A stretch of 64,000 nucleotides of DNA from Eledone cirrhosa (GCA_964016885.1 OZ024743.1:292392001-292456000), one strand, 5' to 3'. Shown: positions 34,282 to 49,626, counted from the first letter of the stretch. Notes: generated from the sequence alone by a model not told the origin. Numbers and translations: made by a program.

Positions 34282-36415
34282 CATAGATATATAATGTGTG
34301 AAAAATAATGACCATATGTTTAGTTTAAAATTCTGAGGTCGATGTACCAAAAACTGAGATAAAACTTCAAAAAATACGGAAATAAATAAGTATATATGTA
34401 CTTTCCGGAAAAGGAAAGAAAGAGAAAAAGAGAAGGTCATCTCAAGTTCTAGTTGATACTATAGACATACCCATGATCTTACGTGATCAACTCTGTAATT
34501 TCTTGATTCACAGAAAAAAATGTTTCCCTTGTGTTATAAAAGATTTTACTATATACATATATACATAAAAAATATATATATACATAAGAAATATATATTA
34601 ATACTCCTGCCCTCACATACATGATTATCGTTCATGTATAGAATATTATGCCTCTCTGTAACATATCCAGAGCTATACCCACACATACATATATATATAT
34701 ATATATGTATGCACACATATATGTGTACATGGACAGATAAAGTAAGCAGATAAAATAAAATATACTCTGTAATAATTCCATATTCATATTAATACATATG
34801 GCTTTTGTACAGATACAACCAGATATTAATATATCAGCACAGAGATATCAAAACGTTAAAAATATTTTCATCACTTCCTAGAGTATCTAGGGCCGTAAAA
34901 AACACAGTATGCACCCCATATCAACCACAGAAATCTTTACTTCCAGTTTATCTGACAATATATTGCCAAGTTCATTAGAAGCAATCAGAATCAAAAAGCA
35001 AACACAAAACCAAAAATTATTCAACAAAACTTATTTAGCAGAAATCATTTAAAAGATTTAGGAGACCCTGTTGTTCTACAGATGCTCTTATATTTAGTAT
35101 AGAAGTTTATCTAGCGTAAAATTTATTCAATAGATTGGGAGCATCTACATTTTAGGGTAGTTTAATTACATCATTAGTATATATTTATGAAGAAGGTTTA
35201 AAAGAAAAAGTTGAAGGAATCGAAAGATTTATCGTCCGGTTTCATACATTAATTAAATATCTTAACTAATTATACTACATTTTAAATTCATATTTATATT
35301 TAAACGTTGAGTTCAATCTATGTCTGCAGCAACTGAATAAATTGCTCCTTAAATTAAGGGAATTTTTAGATTTTAATATAAAGAATATCTCCTCCACACA
35401 GAGGTCACATGTCTCAGATGAGGAATTAAAAGGAATCCCTCTTGAGACAATATTCCAAAACATCGAATACCCAACGTTATCATGTTTAAGTTGCCAGAGT
35501 AAGCCTGATAGTGAAGTTCAAGATTTCTTGTTTGGATCTGTGAAAGAATTGTTATGATTATTGTAGCGAAGTTTAAATTCTGTCGAGGTGGAACCAACAT
35601 AGTTAAAAGAATTTAAGTTAGTTTTAACATTACAATTGTATATTATATTTTTAACTAAGCAATTGTTATTTAACGGACATTTAGATTTATTTCTACAGTT
35701 ACAGTTGTTTAATTGAATATTGTTTTGGCTATTATCGGTATTTTGGCTAGGTTTTAGATTCCTATTATTTATTCTGTTAATATTTTGTGCTAAATTTTTG
35801 GTAGACGAGTAAATTAATTTTATAGTGTGTCTATTAAAAATTGAGTGATATTTATGTGTTCTAGGGAAGCGTTTGTCAAGAGCATTAAAAAATAGTTTAG
35901 CAATGTGGGTTTTAATATTTAGTGAGAAAGGGGAGGCAAACCATATTATATTTCTAGTTCTATTTCTTTTCTGGCTTTTGTAATTATTGTAATGTTTTCT
36001 ATTATAGTTGTTAAAATTGTTACCGTAATTAAAATTGTTATTATTTTGGTTAGTTTGCCTATTATTATTGATGTACTTAATTTTATCAATATATCCTGCT
36101 CTAGCTAACGCTTCATTGCAATACTGCGCTTTTTCGTCGAAAATATTTTTATTAGATGAAATTCTTGAGATACGTTCTTGAACAGAGTTCACTATAGTAT
36201 TTTTAAAACTGTTTATATATTGTATTTTATCTGAAGAAGGCATGCCATATTTTTAATATGGCATCCCCGAAATATGTATAATTAAATAAATATGGTTTTA
36301 TAAATATAGTTTCCATTTGTTTAATATCGTATATATACTCCAAAAATTGTTGAGTGCTTTATATCAGTTATAAAATATTTACTTGTTGTAACCCAACAAT
36401 TTTAAATAAAACTTT

Positions 36416-36458
<43 letters not shown>

Positions 36459-36817
36459 GTTGTCTGTCTTCATTCATCGGAAAAATAATAGGAAGTATTT
36501 ATTTAATATGGATTTAAAAAATGAGTTTAGGATAAATGAAAGTGAGGCAGAAATAACAGGCACAAAATTGACGGGATAAAATATATAAATAAATATCCAA
36601 AACATAGACATACACATACTCAAACTCACGCATATACGTAATAGTACGTAAACTTATACATTCACACATAAGTATATATGCGTCTACATGGAAATACAAA
36701 AACACACATATAAACGCGTGATCTTTTGTTCACGTATGAGCACACACAAGCGCACATTCACACAGGTACTCAGAAAATGACCTATAAATATATATACACA
36801 TGAACAACTCTCCTTAC

Positions 36818-36892
<75 letters not shown>

Positions 36893-37346
36893 CATATGTA
36901 TATATACATATATATATACATACATACATACATACATACATACATACATACATACATACACGCATACATATATCTACTCAAGCACGTACAAACATCTGTA
37001 AACATACATACCCACATGTGCCTATGTACGCGCGTATACACAGACGTACACAAATTCAGACACACGCACGCACACGCACGCTTAAGTGTGCACATACACG
37101 TAATCACACGTAAAGGTATGATACTACATAGTACACTGGGAGGTAGTTGGGGAAGAGATATGAATAAACAAAATAAAAAAAACATAAATAAATATAAATA
37201 TATATAAAAACATGAAGGGACGTATTGACAACGAAAGGTGTGTGGGGGGAATAATAAATAAATATATAAATATATATATAAACATATGTAAATACACACA
37301 CACACACACACGCACATAAACGTATACATACAAACACACACACATA

Positions 37347-37423
<77 letters not shown>

Positions 37424-37479
37424 CATACACAAACACACATATACATATATATCTATCTATCTAAGGCGAGTAAAATTCC

Positions 37480-37760
37480 CGAGATCCATGGACGAGTTCT
37501 GTCCAGCGGTCTCTGTCCCTCATTATCGCTGCCATGTCCTGCATCTCCATCAGACCAGTATCTGTCCTTAGGGCATCAACATACGTTAACCTTGGTCTTC
37601 CCCTTCCAGTATGTCCATACAGGGGCTCCCACAGGAGCACTTAGTCCAGTGTAAACTGTGGACGACGGTGAGCATGTCCAGCTAACCTCAGTCTCCACTG
37701 TGTGACTTTTGAGCTGACTTTTGGGAGGCTCCCATACAGCTCTGAGTTTTTCATGCTCAG
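37480..37760 (-). mobile_element. RTE-group LINE 3' fragment
   Basis: [52 protein letters not shown]. Confidence 0.8.
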
Positions 37761-37763
37761 TGT

Positions 37764-37842
<79 letters not shown>

Positions 37843-38338
37843 CATATAGATATGTATACATATATATATATATTAGATATAGTATATATATGATACATAC
37901 ATATATAGCCCACCAGACATTACCCACCACAAGCCTAAACATATATAATTTTTGCGTACACATTCAAATATATACGGACCCACGTACACAACATATGGAA
38001 GATGTCATAACATACGTACATCCCCCCCCCCCCCGCATACATACACATACAAATACACGCGCCTAATTGCACATAAGTATATGCATATATATATATATAT
38101 GTATATACACACACATATATATATATATATGTATATACGTTCACACGCAAATACAAATCCACCATTTAAGTGTGGGGACATAACACACGTACATACACAC
38201 ACACAATAATATATATACACACCAACACACACGCACATATAAGGTAAGCGTATATACACAAACGGGTTCGCCAATATGGGTAAGGTCATACTCACAGAAC
38301 CACACGCAAAAGTTTATAATTAGAGATATACAAATAAT

Positions 38339-38379
<41 letters not shown>

Positions 38380-38547
38380 GGGATAACAAGTTATCGTTGT
38401 AGGTAATCAACTTAGAGGTAGTCCAGTTAGAGTACTCCGTGTTGTGGATGGTTTTAACGTATGGCTAAGTTTGACTCAACAAGACGCTTCCATTATGATG
38501 CAGCGAGTTCGCGGTGATTTCTATGTAGGTTATACTTGGAGTAATAA

Positions 38548-39698
38548 TAATTCAAGAAATAAGAGTAACATGGTTGGCTGTACAATAAGGGCTTTATTCA
38601 CAGTGCTGACAATTGTTTCGTTGATCTGGTTGGTCTAGAGCTCGCTAATCCCTTGGTGTTGCGTCAATCGATCTCCAATACTTTGTTTAAAACCAGTCAA
38701 TACACCAGCGTACGTGGATATGTGGATGTTACGCAAGGCATGGCTTTAATAGGAGAGTGGTGTTGGACCAGAACAATAACATCAGATAAGCGCTTGTGTT
38801 AGGTATTTTCTCCTGTTGTATCAACTTAGTGCAATCCCAAACTTTAGAATAACATACTGAATCCACAATTTCACTTAATACCAGCTACCAATAAACCATA
38901 AATCTCTATACACTCCCTCCATCAATCTCACTAAGTTTATACAACAAGAGAAATACCTAACACAACCGCTTATGTGTCAAACCATAAATCAATCTCCGTT
39001 TTATTGTTGGTAGGATGTCAAACCCACACCTCACTTGTATCTAAATCTCTCACTTAAAGTGTAAATTCCAAAACCTGACTCTAAGTACATTTTATTATTT
39101 ATCCCTTCTTGGCAGTATTGGGAGAGGGTCGGACGCCATGCTTTGACGTATAGAGTTACGGCCCTTGACATTCTGAGTTCAAATCCCGCTGAGGTTAACT
39201 TTGCCTTTCATCCTTACGGGGTCGATAAAATAAAGTACCAGTAATGCACTGGGTAATTGCTGGCCTTGTGCCTAACGTAGAAACAATTATTTATCCATTC
39301 ATCTAACTCATCCCTTGAATACTACCTCTAATGTACCCTATGGTAGATCTCAGATGTCACTTAATACATCTGTATCCTATCTGTTTGTTTACCATCCTTG
39401 TTTTATTACTATGTCTTACTTGTATTGATGTTATTGTTTTAATTATTCACTATCAAGTTAGTTTGTTACTGATGTTATTGTTCTGGTCTAACACCAATCT
39501 CCTATGAAATCCATGCCTTGCGTATCTTCATATCCACGTACTCTGATGTATTGACTGGTTGTAAACAAAGTATTGGAGATCGATTGACGCAATACCAAGT
39601 GATTAGCGACCTCTAGACCGACCAGATCAACGAAACAATTGTCAGCACTGTGAATAAAACACTTATTGTACAGCCAACCATGTCACTCTTATTTCTTG

Positions 39699-39702
<4 letters not shown>
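38548..39702. repeat. Fold-back inverted repeat (~240-bp arms) with decayed HHR, an inner inversion and a SINE in the loop
   Basis: 38548-38786 vs 39468-39702; 38786-38830 vs 38930-38973; HHR remnant at 39535-39652 (CTGATGT..GAAA-caattg-TC-agcactgtg). Confidence 0.85.
39109..39285 (+). mobile_element. tRNA-derived SINE with TSD
   Basis: SINE consensus; attatttatcc duplicated at 39094 and 39286. Confidence 0.9.
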
Positions 39703-39740
<38 letters not shown>

Positions 39741-39745
<5 letters not shown>

Positions 39746-40235
39746 TATTAATTCAAAATATTACTAAATGTAGACATTCACTTAATCAAAATATATATAT
39801 TTTATATATATTTTGGAGGTACTGTCCTGTTTCTTCAATACGTCCTCATCAGATAAAATACATAAATTGATTTATGACATGCCTCAACTGTCCTGATGAT
39901 TCAATTCCAGTCTTGGCATGCGTGTGTGTGTATGTGTGTGTGTGTGCGTGTGTGTGTGTGTGTGGGGGGGGGGTTATCCAAGACTGGAATTGAACCATCA
40001 GCACAGTTGAGGTATGTAAAACATCAATTTATGTATTTTAACTGATGAGGACGTACTGAAAAAACTGCACAATATATCCGAAATATATATAATAAAATAT
40101 ATTTTGAGTAAGTGAATGTCTATATTTATTAATATTTTGAATTAATATTAATAACTACAGAAAACCTCACTGTTGAGTGCTTCTAATCTATTGTAAAATA
40201 ATATGCATGATTAATCAATGAACCTTGTTTAACTT
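39741..40235. mobile_element. Inverted pLTR pair with HHRs around a (TG)n loop
   Basis: 39741-39917 vs 39977-40150; HHR at 40031-40102: atgtatttta-a-CTGATGA-gga..tcc-GAAA-tatata-TA-ataaaatat; left copy has GAAA>AAAA. Confidence 0.8.
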
Positions 40236-40532
40236 TTGGTTATATATAAATATATATATGTATATGTATATTTATATATATATATATATATATTTGTATA
40301 TATGTGTGTGTGTGTGTGTGTGTATGTACTTATATATATATATAAGTTGTATATATATATAAATATATATACAAACGTGGACACCAATATGGGTAAGGTT
40401 ATACTCACAGATCCACGCGCAAAAGTTTATAATTATAGATATACAAATAATTATATAAATATATATATATTAGAAAGTGAGGTTTTTTTTTACAAAATGA
40501 AAAATAACCGAGGTGTCCTACACGAGTGAAAG

Positions 40533-40820
40533 TATAAAGAAAAAGAGATGAAATCGAAAATGCAACTGAAGTCTTATTTTTTTTTAAAATATATATATTT
40601 ATTTGGTTCCTTTACCGGTTTCGCAGTTCTTCTCCTTTTCAAAAGGTGAGTTGAGATGGAGGGTGTGTGGTTTTTCTCACATCTGAGAAAAACCACAGAC
40701 CCTCCATCTCAACTCACCTTTTGAAAAGCAGAAGAACTGCGAAACCGGTAAAGGAACCAAATAAATATATATATTTTAAAAAAAAATAAGACTTCAGTTG
40801 CATTTTCGATTTCATCTCTT

Positions 40821-40830
<10 letters not shown>
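40533..40830. repeat. Near-perfect ~298-bp palindrome carrying a variant HHR in each arm
   Basis: ~147-bp arms, ~4-nt loop at ~40680, only a few mismatches. Confidence 0.93.
40717..40754 (+). ncRNA. Minimal hammerhead with U3-A8 core (UUGAAAA)
   Basis: cctt-TTGAAAA-gcag-aagaa-ctgc-GAAA-ccgg-TA-aagg; all stems paired. Confidence 0.7.
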
Positions 40831-40859
<29 letters not shown>

Positions 40860-41234
40860 AACATTCATATAAAAGATACATTACCAGTACAACCCCCTTA
40901 ATACTCTTGATTGCCAGCTTGAAGTGAAGTGCTTGTATTACATATAACACCCTGCCGCACTATAATATTATATAAATGAGACACACGTGCTTGCCACACG
41001 TGTAACTATTGCACACACTAACTGCTTCTGACTATCCTATCGCATTAATTTCATGTTGTATTTTAACTTTAATTTTAATTTTATCCTCTTTTGATATGAC
41101 TGTAATCTTTAAATGTATACTGCCACGCTAAATGTTATAATGGATGTCAACCCACCGAGCAACAATATATGCATATGTTTCTGTATGTCTCGGGTTGAAA
41201 AGGAGGTCATGTATGTAATCAATCATTAATAAAT

Positions 41235-41281
41235 TGCTCCGAAGACATCAAACCTCGGTTTGGAAGAAACAATTGTAAGCA
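41235..41281 (+). ncRNA. Decayed hammerhead motif
   Basis: tgct-CCGAAGA-catcaaacc-tc-ggtttggaa-GAAA-caattg-TA-agca. Confidence 0.55.
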
Positions 41282-41316
41282 TATAAATGATTTGAACAGA
41301 ACTTTGATTCATATAA

Positions 41317-41378
<62 letters not shown>

Positions 41379-41481
41379 ATTATTCGTATATCTATAATTA
41401 TAAACTTTTGCGCGTGGATCTGTTAGTATAACCTTACCCATATTGGTGTCCACGTTTGTGTATATATTTATATATATAAAT

Positions 41482-41556
<75 letters not shown>

Positions 41557-41583
41557 TACATACACACACACACATAGATACAA

Positions 41584-41626
<43 letters not shown>

Positions 41627-41699
41627 TATGCATATATATATATATATATATGTATGTCTGTACACATATGTACGCGCACACATGCGCCCACATACAACC

Positions 41700-42610
41700 A
41701 TATGTGAGTACACTTAAAAACATCGTGGGTATGTAAGGACATTGGGAGTATAACTGAAATAAAATGACCAGGTGGGGGAGAAAAGAAGTGTATAAATTGT
41801 GGTGGAAAGTAAATGTTTGTACATAGGTCTGGATAAAGGTATGTGGTTATAAAGTCATCTGGGTAAAAGTAGAGGACAGAATGAAGGGGGTGGGTGTGTA
41901 TGTGTTATAAATATAGAAGAACAAAAGGGGGGGATGAAGTATAAATAAAATGATATAAATAAATAAACATGAGCGAGAAAAATGTATATATTGGTAGAAA
42001 ATAGGTTTTTAGATAATGAACTGGGAAAAATGTAGCGTATATAAAGTGATGATATTGGTAGTGAGTGGAAGGGTTAATATGTAAAGAGGAAGCTCAGGGT
42101 GGTTGAATGATCGTTGGTGTATTAATCCAGCTAAAAAGGAGATGCGATTTCAGGTGCGGACAACTTCTGAAGAGGGAGGGTTTTTTCAGTTTTGAAGAAT
42201 TCTAAATTTTTCCGTTGTACACAATGAAAATTTCTTTGTACCCCTTAAGTATTCTCTTGAGTGGTCTAAAATTGACCAATAGAGTTTGGAATGTTTCTGT
42301 CTTTAAGCTCCCACACTTTATTTGCCAACGCCGTTGATGTTCATTTTTCAGGAAGTTTAAATGAAGCGACGCGTACATAATGCCTGGTTTTAAATCTGTC
42401 CTGTGTCATGTCAACACATCGCTTGCTTCTGGCTAGCTGGTTATTAATAATCGGTGTCAACTTGACCTCATATACAATAGATTTGGTATTACATTTTCCC
42501 TGTAATTGGCATTCTTCAGGTTTCCTGCAGCTGCAACCTGGATTTCCTCTAGTTACATTTGAGTTAGCGATTTTAATTTTTTCGTTGATGGGCAGCAAGA
42601 ATAGCTGATT
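41700..42610 (-). mobile_element. PLE lineage A 3' remnant (GIY-YIG)
   Basis: CSCRKPEECQLQGKCNTKSIVY..MTQDRFKTRHY..STALANKVWELK, closely matching the element at 1-1500. Confidence 0.85.
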
Positions 42611-42626
42611 TTAACTAAATTTCTAT

Positions 42627-42665
<39 letters not shown>

Positions 42666-42669
<4 letters not shown>

Positions 42670-42760
42670 AAATGAAATTGAATATGCAACTGGAGTCTTT
42701 TAAAAATAATTATTTGTTTTACAGGTTTCATGGTTCTTATGATTTTCAAAGGTAAAATTG
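42666..42760 (-). repeat. Diverged copy of the 40533 arm with a decayed UUGAAAA hammerhead
   Basis: atgaaat(t/c)gaa(t/a)atgcaactg(g/a)agtctt shared; minus strand cct-TTGAAAA-tcataagaaccat-GAAA-cctg-TA. Confidence 0.6.
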
Positions 42761-42799
42761 ATGTAGTAGTTTTGTATTTCCGTTGTGGGTTGTCTGGCA

Positions 42800-42843
<44 letters not shown>

Positions 42844-42849
42844 TGTGTT

Positions 42850-42932
<83 letters not shown>

Positions 42933-43123
42933 ACGCGTGTATGTGTGTGTGTGTGTGTGTTTATCCAAATGTGAATGTAACAAGCAGTAATATCAGCACA
43001 ACAACAGTACTTAATAACCTTGAGTTAGCTCTGAAATAATTGGAAAATAAAGAAACTGTTGTAATTTTTAAAGCTAATAAGAGAAAATGATTTATTTATC
43101 TATATACTACTAAAACTCTGTGA

Positions 43124-43159
<36 letters not shown>

Positions 43160-43314
43160 TTGTCTGTAACGTAATACAGCCAAAACGGCGCATAATAGGG
43201 AAATACTTTGGAAGGAAGTTGAACATGAAATAGGAATACAAATGGAATAAAACAAATTTCGCGTAAATCGGAGCACGGATTCCCGACATATGGGAATGTT
43301 CTGGTTAACTTAAT

Positions 43315-43363
<49 letters not shown>

Positions 43364-43388
43364 GTGAGAGAGAGAGAGAGAAAGAGAG

Positions 43389-43451
<63 letters not shown>

Positions 43452-43644
43452 GTTTGTGAGTGAGTAGATTAAAAGAGAGATATAGAGAGTGGGAGAGGAG
43501 ACAGAGAAGGAAAGTGGAAGAGTAGCGAGCTGTTGGAGTTGTTTTGTATATATGTATATATGAGTGTATATATATATATATATATGTATGTGTGCATATG
43601 TGTGTGTGTGTGTCTATGAGCAGTGTATATAGATCACAGACACC

Positions 43645-43696
<52 letters not shown>

Positions 43697-44294
43697 CATA
43701 CATGTATATATATATATATACATATGTATACAAACACACACATTTAAATATATATACATACACACACGTATATATATGAGCCTTCCAGTTTCATTACACA
43801 TTATATACATGTCTGTGTATATTTTAATTATTTAAAAACAATTTTTATGTGAACGTTATTCAAAAATAATATTTTGAAGTGAACATTACCAAACGGGTCA
43901 CGGCTGGTCTCGTTACGGAGAGAGGTGAATATAATATTAAGAATAAATAATATACTATAGGAATGCGGCAAATTAAATATCACAAATCAACAAAGAATTA
44001 CCAAACAAGGAGCTTTCGAACAAAGGTTCTCAACTGAGGTAGCCCTCATTCATCATCATCACCATTATCATCAGCGTAATCATTGTCATCATTATCATCA
44101 TAAACATCATCAATATAATCATAATCATTATACCCATCATCCTCAAAATCATCATCATCATCATCATCATTATGATTTTACGTTCATTTTCCATGCTGAC
44201 ATGGGTTGAACGGCACGTTTAGATCTGAGTCAATGGGTTATTCTCCTCATAGATTGATGCCAGATCCACAACACGCATTTACGTTCCCTAACCC

Positions 44295-44605
44295 TAACCA
44301 GAAGGTTGTTTATACGTTATCAAAGCTATTTCGTCACACATTCTGTGACCTCCTCATGTTTCTATTTTGAGTGCCTCTCCTTTGTTCTGTCCTACACCAT
44401 CTCAGAGACGAAAGAGTTTTGACAATATATAAACAACCATCCGGTTATCGAGTCAACCAACCGACCGGCAATTTATAATAAATGGAAGTAAAAATCAACA
44501 GGTGCGTGTGTTTCTATTTGCAGCATGATCCTCCTAGAGTATAACAATATCTGTTTCAACACACGTTTTCAGATAAGGAATCTCACAAAACAAATTAAAA
44601 AACGA

Positions 44606-44607
<2 letters not shown>
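44295..44607. mobile_element. Old lineage B pLTR-only inverted remnant
   Basis: 44295-44400 minus-strand pLTR joined to 44403-44607 plus-strand pLTR ending ..aaaaacga before (TA)n. Confidence 0.8.
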
Positions 44608-44640
<33 letters not shown>

Positions 44641-44645
<5 letters not shown>

Positions 44646-45217
44646 GGAAAAGAATGAAACGAAATTTCATTTTTCACTCTTAGTACGGCTGATACCTAAA
44701 TATAAGTATGTATACGTACATACATATATGTGTACAGACGTACAGTAGTATGTATATATATACATACATGCACACATATATATATGTACGTATGGGTTTA
44801 CCGAATATTTATTATAATGTTCGGTTTATTTGTAAACAAACAGCCCGAATTAAGCCGTACAGTGCTCGTCAACCATCGTCGCCCATTTGTTCAACACTGA
44901 CATAGAACGATGTACTAGTTTCAAGCTTATTAGCTATCGTCAGCATCGTATACCTTTCTGGCAAATGATTGAACGTTTGAAAGTATATACTTTCATTATG
45001 CACATTAACGGCTGAGCAGCCTAATTTGCATATCGAGTGTGTCAGTCGGCTGGACGCACCGTAAACGATAAATGGAAAAGAATGAAACGAAATTTCATTT
45101 CTCACTCTTAGTACGGCTGACACCTAAATATAAGTATGAATACGTACATAAATATATGTGTACAGACGTACAGTAGTATGTATATATATATACATACATG
45201 CACACATATATATGTAC

Positions 45218-45220
<3 letters not shown>
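44641..45220 (-). mobile_element. Second locus of the ~430-bp HHR repeat (about 1.35 tandem units)
   Basis: Unit start repeats at 44642 and ~45070; between (TA)n tracts; no ORF. Confidence 0.85.
44907..44949 (-). ncRNA. Minimal type I hammerhead ribozyme, intact core
   Basis: acgatg-CTGACGA-t-agct-aata-agct-t-GAAA-ctag-TA-catcgt (perfect 6-bp stem I). Confidence 0.85.
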
Positions 45221-46075
<855 letters not shown>

Positions 46076-47876
46076 GAGAGAGAGAGAGAGAGGGAGAGAG
46101 AGAGAGATACGTATGTAGTTGATGGCTGACAGAAAAGCGTACTCAATACCAAAGTAGAGTTCAAATATATATTAAAAGATGTAATTTATTTTGTTATATA
46201 TATATATACATGTATATATAGATTCAATATCTGGAGGCCACGCCAATGCGAAATAGGCGAATAAACAAATAATTAAGTTGTAAGAAACGAGGAGTGTTTT
46301 TTACCTTAATTTATTCATACGCCCTTATATTTCGAGAATATCATCTCTTCTTCCGATGCAGTTTTCTATACCATATTATATATATATATCGGTTTCTGAA
46401 GTGTTCGATTAACAAATTTCACTCAAAAGGGTTTGATCAACTCGTGGCTACAATAAGAGCCACCTGATGACCTTGTCATGGGTGCGAGGTAAAGCTCTTA
46501 ATCGCACAGTGAATTTTGTCAAAAATATGTTTAAGAATATTCCATTTATGAAAAATTATACAATTTCCCCATATTCAATACAATAAAATATCACCCTCTA
46601 TAAAAACAACAAAGTCTTTAAAACATTCCGTTAGTTTGCAAAACTAAGGATACTTTCCACTCTCTATAAGGAAAGGGTTCGTGAAGTAATACCTGGCTCA
46701 AATCTACGGTGCTGTACATATCTAGCGTGGAAAACGATTGTATTACCTAACATAAACCCTCTACCTATATTTGTAAGAGAGGATCGGTGATGCGCATGAA
46801 ATGAAGAGAGCAAAGTACAAACAGTTGAAGACTTCCGTAAGAACGAATGAAGGCCGAGCTTGTTGTCTTAATAACGTCTACGCCTCCTCTTTAAGCATTA
46901 CGCGAGTGAGTATGCAGAGAGCCATTAAGAAACAAGTAGAAGCAGCAGAGAGATGATCTAGATTGCTTTAATTGAAACGAAATGTCTAGGCGGCACAATA
47001 GAAGGTCACGTGGGCACAAATTAGACCATTTCGTACTCTTGATCTTGCCATATGAATAAGGATTTGTGTAGAAGTATCCAAAACATTCAGTGAATCTGGG
47101 ATACAACACAATTGATGTATATGTACATCGGTAAATGTATATAGAACTTGACATGAACAAATTTAATGTAATAACAAAAACAATTTCATCCTTACATTTA
47201 CAATCATGACTCCATTTTTAGATATAATTCTCTGAATATGGAACATCACATATAGCACCTTAGAATACGAGTAAACTTAACTAAACCCAAGCATACATAT
47301 GCATACTAACATAGTAAGTGTTCCAATAAATAAAATATAACAACTGTGTTCAAATCTCTCTTTGGGCAAGCATTTAAATTTCTATCCAGTAAAGACATGT
47401 TAAATTAAGAAAACTTACATGTAAAACAAATATTAATTACAGAGAGGATATGGAAGTATATAAAATATGTTTGTGTGTAATAAACATACACTAACAAAGT
47501 GACACATGTGACAGTGACACATGAGAATAAAATGGATTAAAAATATCAAATTCGTGGGGTACATATATTATGTAGGATAATCATTAGATTGTGAAAGTGA
47601 AGTGAAATTCCGTCAAATGGGGATTGAAACCGTTTCAATGTTATGCTTTTTCCTTATTTTCTGAAACGTTCAACACCACTTGGCACAAAATTATTAGATA
47701 TTAAGATATTAAGAATACACTTTAATAGAGACGATGAGGCCATCAAACAAGTATAAAATCAATGCATTATAAAAGCACTCACAAAGATACACAGGAACAC
47801 ACACACAAACACGCATACTTATATGTATACCAACTCTACACATTATCTCTCCCTCCCTCTCTTTCCATCTCTCTCC

Positions 47877-47913
<37 letters not shown>

Positions 47914-47928
47914 ACTCTTCCTGTTCCT

Positions 47929-47997
<69 letters not shown>

Positions 47998-48067
47998 TGG
48001 GTGTGTATATGCGTGTGCGCGTGGACATAAGGGTTGCGTGTGTGCGGTCGAGTGTGTTTAATATATT

Positions 48068-48131
<64 letters not shown>

Positions 48132-48466
48132 AGTGTGTGTGTGTGTGTGTGGTGTCTTCCTGTTAGTAGCTATAAGATCTTGTAAGTTCCTCTCTCTCTT
48201 TCGCTCTCTCTTTCTCTTTCAGAGTGTGTGTGAGTGTGTGGGTGTGTCTGTGTGTGAGTGTGTGTAATATAGAAGATGAGAAATAAATGAAAATACGGTC
48301 GAAATTAATTCTAAGACTAAATGAAGTCCCAGTACATTAATATATTATAGAAATCATCTTTCTTTATTTACAAATCACTTTTATTGAAACCTAAATTAGT
48401 ATCTGACTTCCGATATTTTCCATTCCCCAAATTATGGATACGGAAGGTACTACGTACGTATGTATG

Positions 48467-48500
<34 letters not shown>

Positions 48501-48508
48501 AATATATG

Positions 48509-48588
<80 letters not shown>

Positions 48589-49360
48589 GGTATTTTTGTA
48601 TATTTGAATGACGTATGTATTTATATATATATGTATATATATATTCACACACATCATACACATGTATATATGTATGCATACATACACACATACATATTTG
48701 GCATTATCTACGTATTCTCCATTCTTTGTGTACACATAAACACATAAACACATCCACGCACACACACACAAATAAATACGGATATATATATATATATATA
48801 TATTCTAATTATGAAATTATAAATTATATACGTAAATACCCGTGGCTGTACCTCAATAGTTATATATCTAATTAGATTTAGCATGTACACGCATGTATAC
48901 CCATATACACACAGGCATACGCGTATGTATAGCGAGATTTACACACACGGATGTATTGAAGCATATTTGTATGTGTCTGTGCTTGCGTGTGTGAATGAAC
49001 GTATGGCTGTGCCTGCGTACATTAAACTAAATGTCAGAAATCAATATCTGCGTATGAGTTACTACCACATATATATGTGTGCGGGGTATATGTGTGTAAA
49101 CAAGTGTGTGTATATATGAAAGCCTCAATGTGCATACACATGTGAGTGTATTTAAAGAGTAGAACAGAAATTTACCTAACATATCAATTACTCTGGGTCT
49201 TCACATCTCACTCATAAAACGACGGAAATATCGTAATTCCTGAGAAATATTTTCTTTCGTCAATTTAACTTGACTTCATAATAATTCGCAAACACAAATT
49301 CTAATATACCCACACACGCATAAATGCTCATGTTCTTACGCATTCGTAAATATATATATA

Positions 49361-49399
<39 letters not shown>

Positions 49400-49504
49400 T
49401 GTGTGTGTTTGTGTCTGTGTGTTTGTGTATATATATAATGTATATATATATATATATTATATATATTATATATATCTCTATATGTTTATATATATATGTA
49501 CATA

Positions 49505-49626
<122 letters not shown>

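Larger units (their letters stand above)
31030..36420 (-). mobile_element. PLE lineage A with inverted 5' pLTR, interrupted by a nested PLE and a SINE
   Basis: 35280-36200 minus: RISRISS..RTRNIIWFASPFS..IFNRHTIK..CNCRNKSKCPLNNNC..IIY..YVGST..CDLCVEE..CRH; pLTRs at 31030-31170 (-) and 36200-36420 (+) are inverted copies. Confidence 0.85.
40330..41500. repeat. Inverted copies of a short dispersed repeat (40350-40468 +, 41365-41480 -; third copy 38250-38345 +)
   Basis: acaaacgtggacaccaatatgggtaaggttatact..atccacgcgcaaaagtttataatta. Confidence 0.85.

Noticed and set aside
46320-46360. HHR-like motif on the minus strand (similar weak cases at ~21296 and ~44010)
   Set aside because: Too many core or cleavage-site mismatches to support
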